Below, piece after piece: positions 25,677 to 36,246 of a DNA stretch of 64,000 nt. The notes beneath the pieces were generated by a model. It worked only from the letters and a program-made list of their open reading frames with translations, searched no databases and was not told the DNA's origin. This DNA is from Takakia lepidozioides (lineage: Eukaryota; Plantae; Bryophyta), in assembly GCA_030704615.1 (NCBI GenBank), contig CM060733.1, positions 24,428,001 through 24,492,000 of the forward strand, in the 5' to 3' direction. The first letter of the stretch is position 1. Each line of letters starts with the position of its first letter. A program made the position numbers and the translations under genes.

Positions 25677-28600
25677 ATGATGGAGGCTGCTTGTGAAAAA
25701 GGTGGAACGGACTGGTTGGATTTTGTGCACCAAACCAGACTGAAGAAGGAGCGAAGGTACTGGTACTCACCAGACGAGTTTGATTATAAAATAGTGGAAG
25801 CATTTGTAGACCTCCGCGCCCGGAAGCCCAAAAACTCGAATTGGCAAAAGGACAAGCTCTTCTGTCCCTTCTGTGAAGAGGTAATCAAGGACAAAATCCA
25901 ACTAAATCGGCATTGTGTTGACACGGGTTGCAAGGAGACTGTTGCAATGATTCCACGGGATTTCAAGCCTTGGCCGATACTGAAAGAAATGTCGCTTGTC
26001 AAAGAGGCCACAATGCGCTTGCGCGGATCAGTGCTTGACCCCCGCACTTTGGAATTAGACGAAGTGCGCGCACGGTATGGCGTCCATTGTGGTGGCCCGT
26101 CAATGGAGGATTTGCAAGTGCAGGGAACGCTGGACGCTCCCAGAAAACGTAAACTAAGTGATGGGGCCCAAAAAAAGGAGAGGCAAAAAAAGGAGAAGGT
26201 TGCAAGGTCTGCTCGCGAGGCAAGGGCAAAATCCACGCAACAGACTGAACCCCGTCTTGGGCGGCAAACCCACACCATCAGTACTGATACTGAAAGTGAA
26301 TCTGTTCAGGGCCTGGAAGGGGTGACAAGTCCAGTGGACATTGACTTGCCTGACCAGACTCGGCAGCAGACTCACACAAATATCGCAACCCATGCCATCG
26401 GTTTAGGATCAAAACCAAAAACTCAACAGAGCACTGAAGGGCCAGACTACCCTGGCACATTGCGCCTCGTTGACTTTGGGCTTTTCCCACCAGAGTGCCC
26501 ACCAATTGGGGATCCAGACTTCTTCCATTATTTCTACAGAGTTGCCCAGTCAGGTCTGCTACGCACATTAATCCGACAGGCGGAACAGAACTGGTTGAAC
26601 AGCTTTGAAGATGAAGATGACGATGATGAAGTAGAGGAGGTAATGGTCAGTCTGACTGCCCAGTCTGTTCTCTGTGCTGTTTGAGTCCATCATCGGGGTC
26701 ACGTTGCCTATTCAGTCTGGTCAGTCCCCTGCGTTCTCTCCTCAGTCCGCTGGCTCAGTCCGCTCGTCAGTTAGTCTGTTTTATATCGCTGCATTACTTA
26801 CTGAGTCCGTTTGTCAGTCCGCTGGTCCAGTCCACTGGTATAGTCTACTAGTTGCCTCCACCCTACGTACGCACGTTACAGTCTGCTGGTCTGTGAGTCC
26901 AGTCCGCTGTATGAGGTGAATATAGAGTCCACGTCCATGTTCCTGACGTCGAAGTTCTCTGCCGTGTACCAGGATGAACGTGTTTCTATTCGTAGGGCCA
27001 TTCAGGCTTGGCGGATACCTAGCAATGATGCTCCTTTACAAGCGACTGCAGTGCGTGCGGAAGTGGACCGCGTGCGAGAGTACATATTATTGAAGTATCA
27101 TGGGTTATCTACTGCTATAGCGGCATTACATATTGAAGACGCGTCGGGGGGGGAAATGCGTCTGGGACAGCCAAGTCTGCCATCCAGCAGACTCCCATTC
27201 AGCAGGCCGTCATCCAGCAGACTCTCGTTCAGCAGCCTGTCATCCAACAGACTCCAACAGAGCAGACTTCCAACGAGCAGCCTGTCATCCTGCAGACTCC
27301 TCTCCAGGAGCCCATCATGCAGCCCATGCCAATGGGAAGTCCTGTTATCCAACAGACTGCGGACCAGCAGACTGACTAGCAGACTGCCTTTCTCTCACAT
27401 AGCACGGCACTTTTTGCAGTTTGGCGATCGCTATCACCGGTAATTCGACCCGGAGCTGAAGACCTCACACTTCCCCGGCTTAGGGTGGGAGAAATTAATC
27501 CCTATTTGGATTGGCATAATGAGCTCCACCGGATTGTTGCGGACCGCCGGTGGTCATTTGTACCCTTTCATTATTCCATGGAGTTTTCTATTGAGGAAGC
27601 CAACCATGTTCTAGAAGCCGCCTCTGCTGTTGCCATTGAAGCCACAAACGACCAAAATGCGGCGCCTCTACTTGTGCAGCTGATTCTCATGGATGACCCA
27701 CGGCCTGAAGACCTCAGACATATGCCTATGGCACATCCAACCTTTGGGGTGCGAAGAAAGCACTTGTTCGGATTGACTGAGGAGGACTTTGAGCGCATGG
27801 CAGCTTCCTTCCTACAACACAGATGGATGCAATTTGGCAATTTCCGCTCATACAACAAGTTGATGAAGGATCTGCATAGTTTGAGGATGGACTTACTCCA
27901 TGGAACAGACCATTCACAGAAGTTTGTGGTGGATGACGCATTGCACTGGTTTGCATTGGTGATGGAGCGAGCAGTATTCGACATTGTTTTGCAGAAGCCC
28001 AATGTCTTCAAAGTCCTGTGGTGTGGGATCCCAACTAAAGACCACATTGGCGCCATTGCTCATCTCGATGGAGCATGCCTGTGCCGGCAAATCAAGGACA
28101 TTGGCCTCGTCGGAAATCTCTTGGAAGGTAAAATGTTATGGGCAACTTTCGTGTTTCAGCTCAATTTCTTTTGCCAACTTTTTTACAAGTTCACATTTGC
28201 ATAAACATGTGTTGCAAGGCGAGTTGATCTGGGAGACAAGCAAGTGGAGGCTGTTTTCGACTCTTTTGCCAGAGGTGCAAGGGACCTTGTCCTGGCTTTA
28301 CAAGGAGTTCGGGAGACTGTCCAGCAGACTGACCACAAGAATGTCGAACAACATATTCCCCACGACACATGTGGGCAGACTGCCCAAGTGCTGGAGACCG
28401 AGCATGTGCACCAGACCGTCCCGGGTAATAGGCCGGATCACTCCCAGCAGACTGCCTCGCACACACATACTCAGTATGTGCAAACAGTACTGAGCGGGCA
28501 GCGAACTTTGCAGACTTTGCAACAGACCGGAGAACAGACCGGCCAACAGACTGCCCCTCAGCCGACTGTGCAGCAGACCAGCGAACATGGCCACCAGACT

Positions 28601-31414
28601 GCCCCTCAGCAAACTGTACAGTAGACCGTGCACTAGACCGACGAATCCAGCCAGGAGATTGCCCCTCAGCAGACCGTGCAGCACACCGACGAATCCAGCC
28701 AGGAGATTGCCACTCAGCAGACTGTGCAGTACACTGGCGAACCCACTCAGCAGATGGCCGAGCAGACTATCCAGGAGACTAACAGCCAGTCTGGATGCAC
28801 TGGCCTCACCGGGACCCTGTGGACGAATTTCTGCTGAGTTCCCAACAACATGTTTTTGGATCTGCCAGTATGAGTGTTTTGACCGAGTCCACTTTCCCCC
28901 CAGGCACATTCACTGACGACGTCATCAGGTCACCGGTAAAGCATTCTTATCCAGCTCCCCGTGGCCTGCCTTCTATGACCTTCCAGGTTAGTCTCGTTTT
29001 CGTGCGCTCAGTGGCGAAAGCCATAGATGAGTCTTACGTGATGACCGAACTCAATCTGGGAACGCAAAACCGTATCATAGATCTTACAGAAGAGTCTGAG
29101 GAAGCAATTGCCGGTGGGTCTTCCATACATGTTCTTGATGTTTCCCAAGTCCATAGAGATCCGAACACCCAGCCGGCTGTCCACCAGACTGACCAGCACA
29201 CTGAACAGTGGACACATGGAAGGACTGCCGAGCAACCTGTGGCGGGGCAGCATACTGTCTTCATTGATGAGCAGACCAAACCGCAGACTAACCAGCAGAC
29301 TGCACAGGTCACAGATGGAAGGACTGACCAGGATGGCTCGGAGCGGCAGACTGCACAGCTCAGCTCTGACTGCACAGTTCAGATTGCACGGCCTTACCAG
29401 CACACTGCACACTTCACAGAGGGAAGGACTGACGACCAACCTGCCACCGAGCACATTGCCCACATTGAGGAAGAGACTGAACCGCAGAGTTGCCAGCAGA
29501 CTGCACAGTTCACAGACGAAAGGACTGACGAAGAACCGGCGGCCGAGCAGACTGCCCACATTGAGCAACAGACTGAACATGCTGGCAGGCACACTGACAA
29601 GGAACCATATGCGGCGCAGACACCGTCTGGTATAGCGCTGGATTACATGGAGTCTGCTCCCTCACCCCTTGGGCAGGTTGTGTCATTTCCTCTTTCAGCA
29701 CTGTTGTTTATGTTTTAGCACATTGTGAAATTGGGCTAATTCGACATTTTGCTCGGTATCCTCACAGGATGTTCGTCCCTCCGTCGGCAGACTGTCTACT
29801 TCTGAAGACATGACATCTTCCGCCCATGCTGCAAACGTGGGATCGACAACCATCAAAGGTGTGGGGGTGAGCACGCCCCCCGATGCGCGGGTCAGTTCTA
29901 CGCATGCGACCCACGAAGCTGCAAAGACAGGTCCAGCAAGTGTAAACAAACCTGCTGACCAGCCTCTGTTGCAAAGTAGGGCGGCAGCGCTGCGTTTGTC
30001 TGCTCTATCCAGCCCGCCTACAGCTGTCCCTGCTTCCCAAGGGAGAGGCAAAGCCAAGAAGCGGACTGTCGTGGACCATGCTGAGGAGGTCGAGGAGGGT
30101 CCGAGTACCAAGAGACCGGCGAAAAAAAAGTCTGGCGTCTTTATGAACAAGAACCACAAGCTGGCCTTGGACATGGACAAAGATGTGGGTCGTTTCCTGG
30201 AGCAGCAAAGGTGAGTACTGTGCTCAGTCTCCTCGTCTGTCTTTGTCGGTAAGTGCTTTGCGGTCTGTTGTGGTCAGTCTGCACGCTAGTCAGTTTGCTG
30301 CTGGTTTCATCATTGTCTGTTGTGGTTAGTCTTGTCAGTCTGATGAATTGTTCAGCCTGTAGAGTGTTTGGTACCATGTTGACGTCAGTCTGTTTAGTAC
30401 ATGAGGCTTCCCGAAGGATGGTCTGCTCTGTGCAGGATGGGTGCTCGGTTTGGCAAAGCACATGCTCTGCACGTGAAGGCAGGTAATTCCATGCTGATGT
30501 TTTTTGAAGGGGACCCACGGTTTGAATGCGGACTGTCGCCGGATGACATAAAGGCGGTCCAGAAGGTTGAGTCGGAGTGCACACTGTGGTGTCGATTTTA
30601 TGAGAAGTCGGTTGAGGCTGCGTTCACCAACACTATTGCTGTTCTTCCAACGTCGACGTGGACGGTGTTGAAGTCATTGGGGGTGGGGCAACATGAAAGC
30701 CTTCTGGAGGTCTTGAAAGGTTGCCTCAGCACTGAACGACTGGGCAAGACTTGAAAGAGTGCGATTTCATTTTGGTGCCAATTGGGGACGAGTAAGAACT
30801 CTTCTGAGTCTGCTGAGACTGTCTCCTGAGTCATAGTCTGGTTTCGCAGTGTCGTCTTGACTCTGAGCGATTAAGTTGACCTCTGTATTTGTGTAGTGGA
30901 CTGAGTTTGAAGATTGAGTCTGCTGAGTGGTCGGTCTGCTGAGTGTCAGTCTGCTGAGTCTGCCCATCATGATTGTGCAATGACGCCATGTTGTTTGATA
31001 CCATTGCAGGGGGCACTGGAGTGTTTGTATCATCGACCTCCGCAAGGGCTGTTACACTCACCTGAACTCTATCAGGGACTTGCATAAATGTCCCTTTGTT
31101 CTAGGGTGGATTCGGAAGCTTCATGCGCAGTGCTTAGGGTACTCGATGGATCACCAGAGTGGCATGAGATTGTCCAAACATTTCAGTTCCACGCGCCTGA
31201 TGTGCCCCAGCAACCATTCAGCTGGGAGTGTGGCTTTTACGTCATGTCATTCATTCAAGTGTTTTATGAGTGGGTAAAAGTCAGAGCAAATGTCTCCAAG
31301 ACTGCAAAGCCAGAGAGAGGAACACCTTTCACGAAGGACTGGTTTTCTTTCAAGTTTGCACTGGGGCAGCGAATGCAGTGTGCCCAGTATATCGTGTGGG
31401 GTTGGACAATGTAG
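25677..31414 (+). pseudogene. Multi-exon MULE cargo gene: N-terminal C2HC-like finger, Q/T-rich repeats, C-terminal Ulp1/C48 SUMO-protease-like domain
   Basis: CPFC-x12-H-x5-C; QQTA-type repeats; DFILVPIGD|EGHWSVCIIDL..HLNS..PQQPFSWECGFYV with an intron ending at 31009. Donor/acceptor sites at about 26640/26973, 28127/28219, 29676/29767 and 30210/30397. Several TAG stops and frameshifts. Confidence 0.7.
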
Positions 31415-31970
31415 AGAAACTGCTCTCATGAGTATGATGTACTTGTCATGTGAAGTCTATGTACCGAAATAAAAAATGCGAGTCTTTTCGCTTACTATTC
31501 CAGTGGTGATGAGCACTTTTGTGTACTGTGGGTGCTGGCATGTTTTGTAATGTTGTCACTAAACTCAATGGACACAATGGTGTCAATTTTTCCATGCACT
31601 GTGCACCCGAGTCTGCTGAGCTTGAATGTGCAAGCAGTACGCTGCCGAGGCTAGGACTGCTGGTACCTAGTCTGGGAGGCACCATGTCCATGAGTCCGCT
31701 GGGACGCTGGATTGGCATAAGTTGCAGGGATGAGGTGGAAGTGCGGTGAGCAGAGTTTTGGAGTGGGTAGCAGACTGACCAGCAGACTGGCTTACTGGCG
31801 CTCGCAGTCTGTTGACTGTGACTCTGTTGGGAGACTGTGCGTGAGTCCGTTGGGAGACTATGCTTAGGAGACTGTGTGGGAGTCAGTTGGGAGATTGGAG
31901 GAGTCCGTTGGGAGACTATGCATTAGTCCATTGCGGACTTGTATTTCAGAAAGGGACAATGCTACTAGAA

Positions 31971-32232
31971 GAATTGCAGACTTATATTGTCTTCTTCGTG
32001 ACACGTACACGATATGAAACCTTGTCTCTTTTCGAGGAATTGCAAACTTATATTGTCTTCTTCGTGACACCTACACGACATGAAACCTTGTCTCTTTTCG
32101 AGGAATTGCAGACTTATATTGTCTTCTCCGTGACACCTACACGACGTGAAACCTTGTCTCTTTTCGAGACATTGCAGACTTATATTGTCTTCTTCGTGAC
32201 ATCTACACGACCAAAAACCTTGCGAATTTTCG
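31971..32232. repeat. 66-bp tandem repeat x4
   Basis: GAATTGCAGACTTATATTGTCTTCTTCGTGACAC.. starts at 31971, 32037, 32103 and 32169. Confidence 0.9.
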
Positions 32233-32323
32233 AGTATATATGTGCTGCAGGTGCAGGTGCAAACACCCTCTTGCTGGTTCTCCGCAAAACCCTAGGCCGG
32301 GTTTTCCAGGTCTCCACGAAATC

Positions 32324-35300
32324 TCATCTCCTTTTCAGAGACATGTTGTTGTTGTCATTCAGAGGACGGAAAGCCTTCGCTGCCGCAGGGTGCAACATTC
32401 CAACCGCACTTTTCGCCAGGATATCAACGAGCTGCCCTCTGCACATATGAAGAGCAGATCGGGCATGTGCCTCCAGGTATTTGTCATCACCTACAATGCG
32501 AAGTATGTCCGCGAATTCTTGTTCTAATGAGGCTGAGACCTCCAGAGGTGCCTCGTCGTAGGGGAAGTCGTCCGGAGGATGTCTTTCCATGAACTGATTG
32601 GATTCGTCGTTGCCGCCGACACCATTGCCCAAGAGCAAGTTAGGTAATCCTCCATGAATGGTTCCCAGCGCCGTGCCACAAGCGCGCACAAGGAGGCCAT
32701 CCTGCAGGTCAGGGTGAAGCATCTTCAGGACACGGACCTGATGCTTGCATAAGTTTCCCTTCATTGCCCATGGGCACGTGCAACAACCCCAATCGCAATC
32801 AGGATTGTAAACAATGTATGTTGTGCCGGGGTGGTTGCTGCTGAGAACGTAGGCTGGTTCACCAGGACCCAAGGGAAGAGTAATACTCTCAGCAGGAATG
32901 TCTCGTGCCGCAAGTATAGAACTGGATATGTACTTTTCGTGTTTGTCATTTCTTATGAACCCGTGGGTCTTCAAATGGATTGCGTACCAGTAGTGTATTA
33001 GCACACGGCCAGTGAGTTCCCATATAAGCCAGTCTACTCTACGACCACTCATCTTGTCTTTCCCCATGGCAAGTCTTGCCTTCAGATTTCCATGGTATGC
33101 CTCAATGCTTGCGTTTGTGTCTTGGCTCGCATGAGGGACATGGCGGGCTGCTGTACACCACATTGTTATTTTGGGCTTCCAGTACTGTTCGATATAGTCA
33201 AGAAATTCATGTCCTTTCAGGTATTTTGACCTCATACGACGGATTCTCCTTGCAACCCACCGAAGCGCTCTTTTCTCGTTGCGTGGTCCTTCTTTACAGT
33301 ACATGAGGTCTCCCATATCCTTCAACAAGTTTACAGCGGTCACCGGATCCTTCGTTTTCTTGCATGATTGCTTCACCCATGCCTTGCGGACATGCCAAAG
33401 GCAGAGGAAAATGAGTACTCCTTCAAAAACAATTCTGCACAACACACATGGTACACATTAGAGTCTTGGGATCGGACTGCAATGGTGGACTGCCGGAGTG
33501 GACTGTAACAGCGACCTGTATCAGCGGGCACAGCCACTGGACTCGGCCAGTGGACAGTACAATGCCATGACGTTGATGTGCTGGAATAACCCCATTGGAC
33601 TACCCAGTGGACTTTCCCATTGGACTTCCCCTAGCTAGGACTGGGGCAGCGGACTGCATCAGCGGACTGCCCCATTGGATTGCCACAGCGGACTGCCGAG
33701 CGGACTTGCCAGGGACTGCCGAGTGGACTTGGCAGCGGACGGCCGACCCCAGGGACTGCCGAGCGGACTTGCCAGGGGACTGTTGACCGGACTTGACAGC
33801 GGACTACCAGTGGATTTGCCCAGCGAACTGCCATCGCCACATGAGTCTGCCAGTGGACTGTAGCAATGGACTGCTGCAGTGGACCTCGACAATGGACCGG
33901 TGCTGTGGACCAACAGACTTACCGAATAGCGTTGATTTCTGCTTCGGCATCGTCCACAATGAAGGCATTGGGTCGCCAGCTCGAGGAGTGAATCGCGCAA
34001 GGCTCTCATCCACGAAACCAGGTCTCTTGTCCGATTCCTCGCGGATAGGATATAGGCAGCTGGTATATCGTTCAACTACTCGTCGAAGACCATCAACGTG
34101 AACAATGGGAACTGTTGGAATGCATAATGTAAGATGGTCAGAGCATGCAAATTCCGCTCAGTTCTGCACGAGAAGACTTCATAAGAGTGATGAGGTCTGT
34201 AGCGGTTCACAATGGGTCTGCCTCTCGATCTTTCGCAACGTACACAACCCTAAACATACAGAAAGGGTCAGCACACCAAATATTATGTGAATGTTGTATG
34301 GTACTATGCTATCATGCTCGTACAAGTCCATGGAATCATTCGAATAGTACTTTGTCATGATTTGTCTCAAAGGTTGCATCACATGCAACGATACGGTCAT
34401 GTCCTAGTTCCAGCATTCGTCGTTTCTGCCACGGAGTCTGTATGCCAATAGTGAATGTCAAATCTCCATCAAAATGCTCGAATGTTGGCTCTAATTTCTC
34501 ATCTTGATAGAGAAAAACGGACGCAAGATTCTGGTCTCTCCACATGCGCACACTCTCTGCATCATCGGCGTGCTTTTTGAAGGTTTGTCACGCACGTTTC
34601 TCGGCAAGGTTGCGAACATCTTGCTCCAACAAGAAATCATCGCGGGTCCATGCATCGCCCAAGCCGGTGTTATTCATCACGTACTCTTTATGCTCCATCA
34701 TGATTTGGGCGACCGACAGGCCTCGGCACAAACACTCGACGACCCAGGCTTTCAATTCCTCGCTAATGTGTGGTGCATAGGCGTGGCGGGTGTTCCTGAA
34801 CTCTGCGGACTTCCCATGCGAGGGTTTCCCTTGCGCATCTGTATGCTCCATGTTGTTGTAGTACGTGAGGACACAGATGTCAGGGGCGAGATAGCATTGC
34901 TGGATCTTGAAACAGCATTGGCAACCACGTTTGTAAGACTCTCCATACTCCGACTTCTTTCTCCTTGGGCTTTTATGAGGGCAAGATGTTCCAGCACCCA
35001 CAAGAGGTCCTCCACGCTTCTGTTTTGGATCCTCCACTATTGCCTTGTTGGTGCGCTTGTCATCAGGACCGTAACAGCATTGATACCTGGACAGAAAATT
35101 CTAAAATCGATATCCAACGACTTGAGGAAGCATAAAATCAGAGAACTCGTGAAACAAAAAATGGCAACAGACATGAAACGTCAAAAGGACTGAGGATGGT
35201 GCACACATAATACTGGACAGAAATGTGTTGGCTCTGGGTGCTTTTCGTGAGCCGGGTTCCACTTTAGAATGGACATTCACCCAAAACTGAGTGGGGTAGT

Positions 35301-35529
35301 CCTCCAAACTCTCCTCTCCCAGGACGAAGTCACCAACTCTATCCCAAGGTATGCAAGCCTTTTCAACATTCACTCGCACACCCATAAACCCATATTGCGT
35401 CTCACTCTTCCAATAGAGATCCTTCCTGTTGAAAGGTCCTGGTTTTGCTGTTTGCAAACATTGTCGAAGAGGCCGTATAAGCGGGCTTTCCGTGATCAAT
35501 ATATCATCGGGTTTTGTTTCCACGTCCAT
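32324..35529 (-). pseudogene. MULE transposase with SWIM zinc finger (At1g60560/At4g13970-like family), disrupted
   Basis: Exons 35529-35207, 35086-34351, 34111-33923 and 33434 onward. Motifs IPWDRV, YQCCYGPDD, RGCQCCF, ACDATF, TLMVFD, FIVDDA, CLWHVRKAW, IEAYHGNLK and SWIM CTC..GNLCKH. Premature stops near 34590, 34078 and 32326; frameshift near 33980. Confidence 0.85.
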
Positions 35530-36246
35530 GCCCTATACAGTACAAAGGACACGCTTCTGAACATGCAAGAAACGCGCCGCAGTACAAGACACGATCGAAA
35601 TGTGCCAGGAGAACAGTGCGCACGTTCGCGGATGCTGGCAAGTGGCAGGGATGCAGGTTTGAATTGCAGCCCTAAAAATGGAGGGCTCGGATGGGTTATG
35701 GGAATGGACGGTGGCGATCATGCGCCGTCAGCGGACTGGATGGCAGGGGATTGGTTAGCGGACTGGCGGGCAGACTGCTGGGCAGCGGACTGGCCAGCAC
35801 CGGACTGGCGGACAGACTGGAGGGCAGCGGACTCATTGGTGGGGGGCCGCGCGGCGGACGTGGGGCGCGGGCGACCGAGCGCAGCGGCGGGCGGGGTGCT
35901 GGGGAGCCGGGCGTCCGTGCGCGGGGCCCATCGGCCACATCGTGCCCATTGAAGACCCTATTATCTTTAAATGAGAGGCTGGGTCACTATGTCCCGTGTT
36001 CATTATTATTATTTTTCAAACAAATCACTGACTATCAAAAACTGTATCCAGGGATGGTGACTTAGACTTTTGAGCGATGCATGCCATACTTCTCCGTGGT
36101 GGTAATTTGACAGAGTCCTCCAGCTCTGTGCATGTTGCTAGTACTGGCCACTGCAAACTACATTTCCATTATAGCTGATGCCTTTCCCTCCTCTATGCAA
36201 CCAAATTCTAGGCTGGATCCAGCACTTTGGGATCTAAATAACTAAC

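Larger units (their letters stand above)
24780..35960. mobile_element. Mutator-like element (MULE) with convergent Ulp1-protease cargo gene and SWIM transposase; no clear TIR; ends approximate
   Basis: Transposase on - (32324-35529) and Ulp1-domain gene on + (25677-31414). Shared CAGACTG/CAGTCYG motifs occur throughout and in opposite orientation at the two ends. Confidence 0.8.

Noticed and set aside
31971-32232. CRISPR-like regular array
   Set aside because: The units are whole tandem copies with no unique spacers, there are no cas genes, and the context is eukaryotic.
32324-34600. Stops repaired by U-to-C RNA editing
   Set aside because: That editing is known for organellar transcripts. 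Frameshifts are also present, and methylation-driven decay is simpler.
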